Shown one piece after another: positions 37,507 through 47,234 of a stretch of DNA of 51,507 nucleotides. The notes beneath the pieces were generated by a model that saw only the letters and a list, made by a program, of their open reading frames with translations, was not told where the DNA came from and did no database searches. Both the position numbers and the translations under genes were made by a program. The number at the start of each line of letters is the position of its first letter. The stretch's first letter is position 1. The stretch comes from an uncultured Roseburia sp. GTDB lineage: Bacteria > Bacillota > Clostridia > Lachnospirales > Lachnospiraceae. The DNA lies in NCBI GenBank assembly GCA_964393475.1, contig CAYMTX010000001.1:1-51507 (forward strand), written 5' to 3'.

Positions 37507-39798
37507 ATGGAAAGAACACATTTTATAGAACCGGAAATAGTAGAATTTGATTGTAAAGTTGAGCAACCTGCATCTTATTTAAGAAGAAAGTTTTATATAA
37601 ATAAAAAGATAAAAAAAGCAATGGTTCAAATGACAGCTCTTGGTGTATACGAAGGATATTTAAATGGCAAAAAACTTGGTAATCAGGAACTGACACCGGG
37701 TTATACCGATTACAATTATCGTTTGCAATATCAGGAATATGACGTAACGGAACAAATACGGCAAGGCGAAAATGTCCTTGCCGCTCTGATAGGAGATGGC
37801 TGGTATCGTGGGTGTATCAATATTGGGAGTATTCGTAATGCCTATGGAACCAAATTGGCATTGGGATGTTGTCTCAGTATTGAATATGAGGATGGTGAAA
37901 AAATATATATTGTTGCAGACGAAACCTGGAAAGCTACACAGGAGGGAGCTTTACGTGAAAATAATTTGAAAACAATAGAGCGTGTGGATGCCAGAAAAGA
38001 ATTATCAGGTTGGAATGACGCCGGCTATGATGATAGTGAATGGCATGAAGTAAAGAAAACGGAATACTCCGGTGAGTTACTTCCACAGCAAGGAGAACTT
38101 ATTTTAGCTCAGGAAATGTTTGTCCCAGAGGTTCTTTATACTCCGGATGGAAATTGCATATTGGATATGGGACAAAATTTTGCCGGTCATGTAGAGTTTT
38201 CTGTAACAGGTAGAGCAGGGCATATGGTGTCTCTTACCATGGGGGAAGTATTAGATGCGGCAGGAAACTTCACTATGAAGAATCTTGTTGCAGAAGGAGC
38301 AAGTCTGATTAGTGGGCCGGTAGGGCAAAGATTAGAGTATATCCTAAAGGAAGGAAATCAGACTTTCAAATCCCATTTCCAAATGTGTGGTTTTCGCTAC
38401 GTACAATTAGAAAATTGGCCAGAGGAAGTGAAAGCGGAGAATTTTAGAGGGATTGCTGTATATTCAGATATTCCGATGACGGGGGATTTTACTTGTTCGA
38501 ATGAGCTGGTGAATCAGTTGGTGAAAAATGTACGTTGGAGCGAAAAAAGTAACTTTGTAGATATACCGGGAGACTGCCCTACACGAGAAAGAACAGGATG
38601 GACTGCAGATATTTCGGTTTTCTCAGAAACGGCATGTTATCTGAGTAACCCAAGAAAGTTTTTAAAGAAGTGGTTGCAGGATTACAAATTAGAACAGTCC
38701 GAGGATGGAAATCTGCCATTTGTAGTGCCGGAAGCAGGAAAGCCGGCTATTCAGCGTGGATGCATGGGCTGGTCAACAGCGATAGCCAATATTGCGATGA
38801 CTTTATACAAATTCTATGGGGAAAAAGAGGATTTGGCAGATGTATATGATTGTGTAAAGCGTTTTGTGGAATTTAATGTAAAGCGTGCGAAAGAAAAGAA
38901 TATATTTTTTTTGTTCCACAAGAATAGTCCTCATCGTAAGTTCATTATTGAAAAAGGTTTTCACTATGGAGAATGGCTAGAACCCGGAACTGTCATGTAT
39001 AAAGACTATATTCGCGATTTGTTTTATCCGGATACGGAAGTTACAACAGCATGGTTTTATTACACTGTGAAGCAATTATCAGAAATGGCGGAAATTTTGG
39101 AAAAGAAGGATGATATTCAAAAATATCGTTCGCTCGCAGAAGAAATCAAACATGCTTATCATACGGAGTTCCTTCCAAAAGGGAAAGTAGTATCAAAAAG
39201 ACATTGTCGCTATGTTCGTCCGATTGCACTTGGTCTGTTGTATAGTGAACAGGTTCAAGATACTGCGAAGGTACTTAATAAAAAATGTATTGAGAATGCA
39301 TACAGAATCGGGACCGGGTTTTTAACTACATATCAATTGTTACAGGTTTTATCTGATAATGGATATGTGGATACTGCATATAAAGTATTGGAAAATACAA
39401 ATCAGCCAGGATGGCTTTACGCGGTTACACAGGGGGCAACTACTACATGGGAAAATTGGTACGGCATCAACGATAAGGGAGAGCCGGTGGATTCACACAA
39501 TCATTTTGCACCGGGAGCGGTAGTCGCATGGTTATTTTCCCATTGTGCAGGAATTCGTTTGATAGAATCCGGGTTTGCAAAGCTTTGCATTAAACCTATG
39601 CCAGGCGGTACCTTCACTCATGCAAAAGCAGAATATAATAGCTGTAAAGGGAAGATAGTTTCTGCTTGGAAAATAGAAAAGAATGAATTTTGGTTACATG
39701 TAGAAATTCCAAAAGAAATTAACACAGAAGTGGTACTGCCGGATGGAACAGTGCACGAAGTTATAGGTGGAAGTCATGACTTTAAATGTAACATATAA
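37507..39798 (+). CDS. GH78 alpha-L-rhamnosidase
   Basis: TALGVYE, DMGQNFAG, DCPTRERTGWTAD, GATTTWENW, SHNH. Confidence 0.92.
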   Translation: MERTHFIEPEIVEFDCKVEQPASYLRRKFYINKKIKKAMVQMTALGVYEGYLNGKKLGNQELTPGYTDYNYRLQYQEYDVTEQIRQGENVLAALIGDGWYRGCINIGSIRNAYGTKLALGCCLSIEYEDGEKIYIVADETWKATQEGALRENNLKTIERVDARKELSGWNDAGYDDSEWHEVKKTEYSGELLPQQGELILAQEMFVPEVLYTPDGNCILDMGQNFAGHVEFSVTGRAGHMVSLTMGEVLDAAGNFTMKNLVAEGASLISGPVGQRLEYILKEGNQTFKSHFQMCGFRYVQLENWPEEVKAENFRGIAVYSDIPMTGDFTCSNELVNQLVKNVRWSEKSNFVDIPGDCPTRERTGWTADISVFSETACYLSNPRKFLKKWLQDYKLEQSEDGNLPFVVPEAGKPAIQRGCMGWSTAIANIAMTLYKFYGEKEDLADVYDCVKRFVEFNVKRAKEKNIFFLFHKNSPHRKFIIEKGFHYGEWLEPGTVMYKDYIRDLFYPDTEVTTAWFYYTVKQLSEMAEILEKKDDIQKYRSLAEEIKHAYHTEFLPKGKVVSKRHCRYVRPIALGLLYSEQVQDTAKVLNKKCIENAYRIGTGFLTTYQLLQVLSDNGYVDTAYKVLENTNQPGWLYAVTQGATTTWENWYGINDKGEPVDSHNHFAPGAVVAWLFSHCAGIRLIESGFAKLCIKPMPGGTFTHAKAEYNSCKGKIVSAWKIEKNEFWLHVEIPKEINTEVVLPDGTVHEVIGGSHDFKCNI

Positions 39799-39824
39799 CT
39801 TACTATAGGAAAGTGAGATAGACA

Positions 39825-40907
39825 ATGACTTATAATAGTTTTAGACCAGGAAAGAAATGGTTCGATACGAATGGGAAACCGATACAAGCGCATGGTTTTT
39901 CTGTATTTTATGATGAGAAAACCAAGGAGTATTATTGGTTTGGTGAAAATAAAGAAAAGACAAAAGGTGGACTTTTTAATACAGTATGGCATTGGGGTGT
40001 CCGTTGTTATTCTTCAAAAGATTTATACAACTGGGAAGATAGGGGAATTATTATTCCACCACACCCGGATAATTTGAATAGCCCGCTTCATCCCACTTAT
40101 TGTGTAGACCGACCGCACATTATTTACTGTGAAAAAACAAATAAATATGTAGCGTGGCTAAAAGTAATGGCGGGGCCGGTCAGTCAGTTCATGACAGTAA
40201 TGCAGGCGGATAATTTCCTTGGACCATATGAGATGGTACATGAAGTGTATAAGCCAAACAAAATGGACGCAGGAGATTTCACGCTTGTTGTAGATGAGGA
40301 AACAAAGGTGGGGTATATCATACATGAAAGACCACATTTTGAACTTGTATGTGCAACTTTAAGTGATACCTACACCGAAGTCACAGGGGAATATACAGAG
40401 CATTTTAAGGGAATGCTTCCTCCATACACTCGTGAAGCTCCGACCTATTTTAACAGGAATGGAAAAAGATATCTCTTTACATCCGGAACAAGTATGTATT
40501 ATCCAAATCCAAGTTCTGTAGCGTATTTTACAGATTTTCATGGAGAATACGTAGATTTAGGTAATCCACATATTGGAGATAGAAGCAATACCTCTTTTCA
40601 CTCTCAGATTACCTGTGTGCTGAAAGTACCGGGGAAGGATTTATATATTGCTATGGCGGATCGCTGGAAACCAGGTGTTATTGGCAGACATATGTCTCCG
40701 TTGGCAATAAAAGGAGTGCAGCTTTTTTTCAAAGACTATGTACCGGATGAAACCCCAAAGGAAACAGAACCCGTATCAGGTAAATTAAGTAAACACTCAG
40801 AAAATACTTGCAAAGCCAGATATGTGTGGCTTCCAATCGAATGGGAAGGTGACAAACCGATTATCAAATGGCATGATGAGTGGAGATGGGAAGATTATGA
40901 ATCGTAA
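39825..40907 (+). CDS. GH43 glycoside hydrolase (exo-beta-1,3-galactanase-like group)
   Basis: WFDTNGKPIQAHG, YSSKDLYNW, REAP, SFHSQ, MADRW, YVWLP. Confidence 0.85.
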   Translation: MTYNSFRPGKKWFDTNGKPIQAHGFSVFYDEKTKEYYWFGENKEKTKGGLFNTVWHWGVRCYSSKDLYNWEDRGIIIPPHPDNLNSPLHPTYCVDRPHIIYCEKTNKYVAWLKVMAGPVSQFMTVMQADNFLGPYEMVHEVYKPNKMDAGDFTLVVDEETKVGYIIHERPHFELVCATLSDTYTEVTGEYTEHFKGMLPPYTREAPTYFNRNGKRYLFTSGTSMYYPNPSSVAYFTDFHGEYVDLGNPHIGDRSNTSFHSQITCVLKVPGKDLYIAMADRWKPGVIGRHMSPLAIKGVQLFFKDYVPDETPKETEPVSGKLSKHSENTCKARYVWLPIEWEGDKPIIKWHDEWRWEDYES

Positions 40908-40966
40908 ATAGAATTGGATTCATTACAACTGTAACGAAAACATTCATGAGTTCGTTGATAGATTAA

Positions 40967-41015
40967 AAAACCTTGACTCTGCTATAGGATAAACCTATAG
41001 CGAGGTCAAGGTTTT
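40967..41015. promoter_or_regulatory. hairpin containing an MtaR/MetR-type LysR box upstream of metNIQ
   Basis: aaaaccttgac...gtcaaggtttt stem enclosing TATAG-gataaac-CTATA (40983-40999). Confidence 0.6.
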
Positions 41016-41111
41016 CTATATTAACACTTTTTTGAGGTAAAAGATATAATGAAACATGTGTTAAGCAAAAAACACGAATGAATTTACGATTAACCAGGTT
41101 AAAGGAGTATC

Positions 41112-42146
41112 ATGAGTGAAATAGAAGTAAGACACCTGACCAAAACCTTTGAGCAGAAGGGGATTGTGGTTGAGGCATTAAAAGATATTAATTTGAATAT
41201 TGAAGCAGGAGACATATATGGAATTATCGGTATGTCAGGTGCAGGGAAAAGTACACTCGTCCGTTGTCTGAATTATCTGGAAAAACCGACAGACGGGCAG
41301 GTAATTGTAGCAGGACAGGATTTGGGAGCATTAAGTGAAAAGGAATTGCGTAAACAGCGCAGTGATATCGCAATGATTTTCCAGCATTTTAACTTGCTGA
41401 TGCAGAAAAACGTTTTGGATAATGTCTGCTTTCCACTGTTAATTCAGAAAGTAGATAAGAAAGCGGCGAAAGAACGGGCAAGAGAACTGTTAAAAATAGT
41501 TGGATTATCCGAGAAAGAAAAAGCATATCCGGCGCAGTTGTCGGGGGGACAGAAGCAGCGTGTGGCAATTGCAAGAGCACTTGCATCCAATCCGCGGATT
41601 CTGCTTTGTGATGAGGCAACCAGTGCATTAGACCCGCAGACAACGGCATCGATTTTAGAATTATTGAAACAGATTAATAAGGATTTGGGAATTACAATTG
41701 TTATCATTACACATCAGATGGCAGTTATCCGTGAGATTTGCAACAGAGTAGCGATTATCGAACGTGGTGTATTGGTAGAAAACGGATTAGTGGAAGATAT
41801 TTTTAACCATCCGAAATCACAGGCGGCACGTGAACTGATTTTAAGAGATTTGCCGGAGCTTCGGGAAAATGCCGGCATATCGGAATTGCCGGAACGCATT
41901 CAGACTGACAGGAAGCTTAGAATTGTATTCTCAGAAAGCTCTGCTTTCGAGCCGGTGATTGCGAATATGATTTTAAAATTCAATAGTCCGGTCAATATTT
42001 TGAGGGCAAATACGAAGAATGTCGGTGGTTATGCAAAAGGTGAGATGATTTTAGGACTTCCGGATGACAGACATCTTCAGGTTGATATTGAGAATTATTT
42101 AAGAGAAAAGGGATTAGAGATTGAGGAGGTGACCGGAGATGTTTGA
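41112..42146 (+). CDS. metN: methionine ABC transporter ATPase
   Basis: GMSGAGKST, LLCDEATSALDP, C-terminal NIL domain. Confidence 0.93.
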   Translation: MSEIEVRHLTKTFEQKGIVVEALKDINLNIEAGDIYGIIGMSGAGKSTLVRCLNYLEKPTDGQVIVAGQDLGALSEKELRKQRSDIAMIFQHFNLLMQKNVLDNVCFPLLIQKVDKKAAKERARELLKIVGLSEKEKAYPAQLSGGQKQRVAIARALASNPRILLCDEATSALDPQTTASILELLKQINKDLGITIVIITHQMAVIREICNRVAIIERGVLVENGLVEDIFNHPKSQAARELILRDLPELRENAGISELPERIQTDRKLRIVFSESSAFEPVIANMILKFNSPVNILRANTKNVGGYAKGEMILGLPDDRHLQVDIENYLREKGLEIEEVTGDV

Positions 42147-42798
42147 TAGTACAATTATTCAGATGCTCTTAGAAGGAATCCGCGATACGGTGTATATGAC
42201 GCTTGTGTCAACATTGTTAGGTTATGTACTGGGACTTCCGATGGGAATTTTACTCACGGTCACAGACAAAGACGGAATCCGGCCGAATAGACTGATTTAT
42301 AAGATACTGGATTTCATCAGCAACATGACGCGAAGCATTCCGTTTTTGATTTTATTAATTCTGCTGATACCATTTACCAGATTTTTAATCGGAAAAAGTT
42401 ATGGTTCGACAGCGACAATTGTTCCGCTGGTTGTGGCAGCTGCGCCTTACATAGCGCGAATGGTGGAATCTTCTTTAAAAGAAGTAGATACAGGTGTTAT
42501 CGAAGCGGCGCGCTCTATGGGCGCATCCGATTTTGATATTATTTTCAAAGTAATGCTGGTAGAAGCAAGAACATCTTTAATCGTAGGAGCAACCATTGCG
42601 ACCGGTACGATTCTGGGATATTCGGCAATGGCAGGCACAGTCGGTGGAGGGGGACTTGGTGATATCGCAGTGCGGTATGGTTATCACAGATGGCAGGCAG
42701 ACATTATGATTGTAACCGTTATTTTACTCATTATTTTGTTTCAGATTTTCCAGACAATCGGAATGAAGATTGCAGGAAGTCTCGACAGAAGAAAATAA
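42139..42798 (+). CDS. metI: methionine ABC transporter permease
   Basis: RSIPFLIL, SAMAGTVGGGGLG. Confidence 0.93.
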   Translation: MFDSTIIQMLLEGIRDTVYMTLVSTLLGYVLGLPMGILLTVTDKDGIRPNRLIYKILDFISNMTRSIPFLILLILLIPFTRFLIGKSYGSTATIVPLVVAAAPYIARMVESSLKEVDTGVIEAARSMGASDFDIIFKVMLVEARTSLIVGATIATGTILGYSAMAGTVGGGGLGDIAVRYGYHRWQADIMIVTVILLIILFQIFQTIGMKIAGSLDRRK

Positions 42799-42836
42799 AT
42801 ATTACAAATAAAACATAGAATGAGAGGAAAAAGAGG

Positions 42837-43661
42837 ATGAAAAAGAGAGTATTAGCAACAATTTTAGCAGCAGTGACAGCACTGAGTTTCTGTGTGGGCT
42901 GTGGAAACAGTAATGCAGCAGGCGGTGATGACAAGACGATTACAGTAGGAGCATCTTCCACACCACATGCCGAAATTTTAGAGCAGGCAAAGCCGCTTCT
43001 GGCAGAGCAGGGATACACACTGGAGATTACAATTTTTGATGACTACGTTATTCCGAATGAAGTAGTAGAGAGCGGTGAAATGGATGCGAACTACTTCCAA
43101 CATATTCCATACTTAGAAAGCTTCAATGAAGAAAAAGGTACACATTTAGTAAATGCAGGCGGTATTCATTATGAACCTTTCGGAATTTATCCGGGACAGA
43201 AATCGAATCTGGCAGATATTGCAGAAGGAGATGTGATTGCAGTACCGAATGATACAACAAATGAAGCCCGCGCACTTTTATTATTAGAGGCAAATGGTCT
43301 GCTGACTTTAAGAGAGGATGCCGGTTTGACAGCTACAATCAATGATATCACAGAAAATCCATACAAGCTGACCTTCCAGGAACTGGCAGCAGAGCAGGTG
43401 GCACGTGTAAAAGAAGAAGTTGCATTTATCGTATTAAATGGAAATTATGCACTTCAGGCAGGTTTCTCCGTGGAAAAGGATGCAATCGCATATGAGACAT
43501 CGGATTCTGAAGCTGCACAGACCTATGTGAACGTCATTGCAGTAAAAGAAGGAAACGAGAACAATGCAAAGATTAAAGCTTTAATTGATGTATTGAAATC
43601 AGATGAAATTAAAACATACATTAACGATACCTATCAGGGTTCTGTTATTCCGTTTGAATAA
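42837..43661 (+). CDS. metQ: methionine ABC transporter lipoprotein
   Basis: Lipobox, PHAEIL, DANYFQHIPY, VPNDTTNEARAL. Confidence 0.93.
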   Translation: MKKRVLATILAAVTALSFCVGCGNSNAAGGDDKTITVGASSTPHAEILEQAKPLLAEQGYTLEITIFDDYVIPNEVVESGEMDANYFQHIPYLESFNEEKGTHLVNAGGIHYEPFGIYPGQKSNLADIAEGDVIAVPNDTTNEARALLLLEANGLLTLREDAGLTATINDITENPYKLTFQELAAEQVARVKEEVAFIVLNGNYALQAGFSVEKDAIAYETSDSEAAQTYVNVIAVKEGNENNAKIKALIDVLKSDEIKTYINDTYQGSVIPFE

Positions 43662-43665
43662 ATGT

Positions 43666-43704
43666 AAAAAAGCTGATTGACCCCTGTGGTCAATCAGCTT
43701 TTTT
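43666..43704. terminator. bidirectional intrinsic terminator
   Basis: aaaaaagctgattgacc-cctgt-ggtcaatcagctttttt between convergent genes. Confidence 0.9.
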
Positions 43705-45487
43705 AATGTTCCAGCACATCTTTGAACTGCATATGATAAAGCTCTGTATAACGGCCTCCTTTTGCAAGCAGTTCGTCATGTTTTCCCATTTCCACTACGT
43801 GTCCATGGTCCATAACAATGATTTTATCTACATTAATGATGGTCGATAAACGATGTGCAATAATGATAGAAGTACGATGCTGCATCAGATTATCTAAAGC
43901 ATTTTGTACCAACTCTTCCGATTCGGAATCTAAGGCACTTGTTGCTTCATCCAAAATTAAAAGCCGCGGATTTTTTAAGAAAACACGGGCAATTGATAAA
44001 CGTTGCTTTTGACCGCCGGATAAACCGATTCCGCGTTCACCGAGTATCGTATTCCATTTATCGGGTGTCGCCATAATAAAATCGTAAGCATTGGCTGCCT
44101 TTGTTGCTGCAATTAATTCTTCCATCGTGGCATCCGGTTTGCCATAGCGTAAGTTTTCTTCAATCGTTCCGGAAAAAAGAATCGTATCCTGAAAAACCAT
44201 ACCCATCTGACGATAGAGAGAACAGAGGGAATAGTCAGAAACGCTATGTCCGTCAATTAAAATGTCACCGCTTTCCACATCATAGAAGCGGGAAAGTAAA
44301 TTGACAATCGTGGTCTTGCCACAACCGCTTGAACCAACCAAAGCCACTTTTTCACCTTCTCTTACAGAGAAGCTGATATGCTCTAAATTAGGAACGGCAC
44401 TGTCTTTATCATATCGGAATGAAACATCTGAAAAAGTAACATTAAGAGGTGTTTCATCTGTCATTTCCAATGCATCATCTTTTTCAAGAATATCCGGTTC
44501 GGTGTCTAGTATTTCAAATACACGTTCAATTCCGGCAATACTTCTGGCATAGGCAACGTTTAAGTCTGCAAAACGACGGAGTGGTGTAATCAAATATCCC
44601 AAATAAGAGTAAAATACCATCATGTCACCAAGACTCATTTCGCCTTTGACAATGAAAAAGCCGGATAAGCATACGATCACAGTGCTGATAATTTCAGAAA
44701 AAGCACTGGTGATGGACACACCCAATGCAGAAAAATGATTACGTTTGCGGGTATAATTATAAATTTGTTCGGATACGCCGTGAAAACGTTCATTTTCATA
44801 GGATTCCATATGAAAAAGTTTGATAACTGCATAACCGGACATGCGCTCTTGTATGTAGCCCGAACTATCTGAAATTTTATTCTGTGCTTTTTTGCTGCTG
44901 CTACGAATCGTTTGACGGATTTTCTTTGTAGTTAAAACAGAAAGCGGGAGCGTGATGCCGGCTATAATTGTCAATGGTACACTGATTGGAAGCATCAGTG
45001 CTAAATAGATGACAAGACAGATGGAATCAATCCAGACATTGGTGGCAACGCTCCAGATAAATTCGTGTACCTGTTCGATATCACTGTTAAAACGTGTAAC
45101 TAACGCTCCGGATTTATTATCCTGATGGAAGCGGGCAGACATTTTTTGTAAATGGTCAAAAAGCTCGCAACGCATCGTGTGCATAACTCGGATTGCGACT
45201 TCTCTTGCACCGGCTTCTCGGCAAAATGCAGCCGGAATATAGACGAATACGTAAAGCATTAATAAAAGAATAAGACATTTAAAAATAATGTCTATTTTCT
45301 GCTCGGCGCTATAAGGGCTTCCGGCTACCAACAGTACATCGGTAAAGTATTTTACAACCTGCGGTAAAAGCAGAGGGAGTGTCAGTTTGATAACCCCGGC
45401 GACAGTGGAAGCTAGAATTAAGTACCAGTGAGGTAAGATATAAGTAATCGTCCGCCATGCCGGATGTTGTTTTTTGGAATTATTCAT
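43703..45487 (-). CDS. ABC exporter, fused TMD-NBD (Sav1866/MsbA-like)
   Basis: Six-TM N-domain, GSSGCGKTT, LSGGQKQR, LDEATSALD. Confidence 0.93.
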   Translation of the reverse strand: MNNSKKQHPAWRTITYILPHWYLILASTVAGVIKLTLPLLLPQVVKYFTDVLLVAGSPYSAEQKIDIIFKCLILLLMLYVFVYIPAAFCREAGAREVAIRVMHTMRCELFDHLQKMSARFHQDNKSGALVTRFNSDIEQVHEFIWSVATNVWIDSICLVIYLALMLPISVPLTIIAGITLPLSVLTTKKIRQTIRSSSKKAQNKISDSSGYIQERMSGYAVIKLFHMESYENERFHGVSEQIYNYTRKRNHFSALGVSITSAFSEIISTVIVCLSGFFIVKGEMSLGDMMVFYSYLGYLITPLRRFADLNVAYARSIAGIERVFEILDTEPDILEKDDALEMTDETPLNVTFSDVSFRYDKDSAVPNLEHISFSVREGEKVALVGSSGCGKTTIVNLLSRFYDVESGDILIDGHSVSDYSLCSLYRQMGMVFQDTILFSGTIEENLRYGKPDATMEELIAATKAANAYDFIMATPDKWNTILGERGIGLSGGQKQRLSIARVFLKNPRLLILDEATSALDSESEELVQNALDNLMQHRTSIIIAHRLSTIINVDKIIVMDHGHVVEMGKHDELLAKGGRYTELYHMQFKDVLEH

Positions 45488-45683
45488 AAAATCAATCCTT
45501 TCACAAAAATATAGGATGGCCGGAGAGCCATTGTGACAACCCCGGCCTGATATGAAGTAATTACAGTATAGAGCATATATATGTTGAAAACATTCGTTTT
45601 TATTACGCTTTCTATTGCAAAAACTACGTTTTTATGACATGCTATTGATGAATAGGACAAATTGATTGAAATGGAGAGATGCT

Positions 45684-46526
45684 ATGTCAAAACCAATGGA
45701 GGAAGGAACAGGCATTTATGTTGAGTATAAGAAAATGGGGAAGGGCTATGCCATGCCGGTTATGGAAATGGCAAAGGACTATTACGAGGTAGGATATATT
45801 ATTTCCGGTGACCGTAAAACGATAACACCTACAACAATCTATCAGGCGGGTGCCGGTTGCGTGGGATTTACGCCGCCTTACGTATACCATAGAACGATGC
45901 CGACATCAGATGCACCATATGAGCGCGTATTGATTAAGTTTACGTTAGAATTTGTTGAGCCTTTTATTCAGGAAGTCGGACAGCAGGTGTTTGAACAATT
46001 AAATGAGCAGAAAATTTGTCGCTTTTCGGAAGATGCTACAAAAAAGATAGCACAGATGTTTTTAGAAATGGCAGAGGAATATCAGAAGCAAAGTCCTTAC
46101 AGGGAACTTGTTTTGCAAGGGATGCTGTATCGTCTGCTTTTAACGATATATGAAGAGAGACTTCCGGAGAGTGGCGTGATACCGAACCGGACACCGCTGA
46201 CGCCGCCGGTAATGGATGCAATTGTTTTTATAGAGAATCATTATGCGAGTAATCCAACCTTGCAACAGACAGCAAAAGAGGTAGGATTTTCAGCAGCGTA
46301 TTTTTCTCGGATTTTTTCGGCACAATTGGGAAAATCATACACGGAATACCTGGATGATGTAAAAATTAAGCATGCGATGATTTTGCTGACACAGACCGGG
46401 AAAAGCATTATGGAGATAGCGGAAGAAACGGGATACTGTCATGGTAATTATCTTAACAGCCGGTTTAAGAAAAAAATCGGAATGACACCGGGACAGTACC
46501 GGAGACAAAATAAGAATAGGAAATAG
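45684..46526 (+). CDS. AraC-family regulator
   Basis: Cupin N-domain plus double HTH (YFSRIF, IAEETGY, GMTPGQYR). Confidence 0.92.
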   Translation: MSKPMEEGTGIYVEYKKMGKGYAMPVMEMAKDYYEVGYIISGDRKTITPTTIYQAGAGCVGFTPPYVYHRTMPTSDAPYERVLIKFTLEFVEPFIQEVGQQVFEQLNEQKICRFSEDATKKIAQMFLEMAEEYQKQSPYRELVLQGMLYRLLLTIYEERLPESGVIPNRTPLTPPVMDAIVFIENHYASNPTLQQTAKEVGFSAAYFSRIFSAQLGKSYTEYLDDVKIKHAMILLTQTGKSIMEIAEETGYCHGNYLNSRFKKKIGMTPGQYRRQNKNRK

Positions 46527-46530
46527 ACAC

Positions 46531-47190
46531 ATGAATAAAAATTTAGAAGAAATTTCAGATGGAAAAGTATATGGTTTGCATGATATGGTGCGAGCAGCCT
46601 GTAATGACTGTGAGGGGTGTCATGCCTGTTGTGAGGATATGGGAGATTCTATCATTTTAGATCCGTTGGATGTGTATTTGCTGCAGAAAAATCTGGGGAT
46701 AATGGTAGAAAGTATGCTAGAAAAGAAAATGGAACTGCGGATGGTAGATGGTATGATTTTGCCGAATTTGATGATGGATGCGCAGACAAACTGTTGTGTT
46801 TTTTTAAATGAACAGGGACGTTGCAGTATACATGCATTTCGTCCCGGTATTTGCAGAGTGTTTCCGCTGGGACGTATTTATGATGAAGATGGTTTGTCGT
46901 ATTTTTTGCAGAAAGAAGGCTGTGTGAAGTCAAATTGTAGCAAGGTTAAGGTTTCGAAGTGGATTGATACACCGGAATTACGTCTCAATCAACAGTATTT
47001 AATTGACTGGCACGATTTTCGGAAACAAATACAGAGCGTGTTAGAGGATACAGAGGATGAAAAGATGGTAAAGACGATTACTATGTTTTTGCTGAACACA
47101 TTTTTTATCCAGCCGTATGATGTGACAGAGGAGTTTTACAAGCAGTTTTATATGAGATTAGAACGGATTAAGGCAGTATTACCCGAGTAA
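46531..47190 (+). CDS. YkgJ-family cysteine cluster protein
   Basis: C.GC..CC, C.FL...GRCSIH..RPG.CR.FP. Confidence 0.88.
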   Translation: MNKNLEEISDGKVYGLHDMVRAACNDCEGCHACCEDMGDSIILDPLDVYLLQKNLGIMVESMLEKKMELRMVDGMILPNLMMDAQTNCCVFLNEQGRCSIHAFRPGICRVFPLGRIYDEDGLSYFLQKEGCVKSNCSKVKVSKWIDTPELRLNQQYLIDWHDFRKQIQSVLEDTEDEKMVKTITMFLLNTFFIQPYDVTEEFYKQFYMRLERIKAVLPE

Positions 47191-47234
47191 AAGGAATTTT
47201 TTGCAAATGATAGATTAGAGGAATTTGTTTAGAA

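Noticed and set aside
40908-41111. Possible SAM riboswitch or T-box upstream of metN
   Set aside because: No S-box or T-box consensus is visible; the hairpin is better explained as a LysR box and/or terminator.
45517-45547. GC hairpin in the leader of the ABC exporter
   Set aside because: Short imperfect stem with no recognisable riboswitch or leader peptide.
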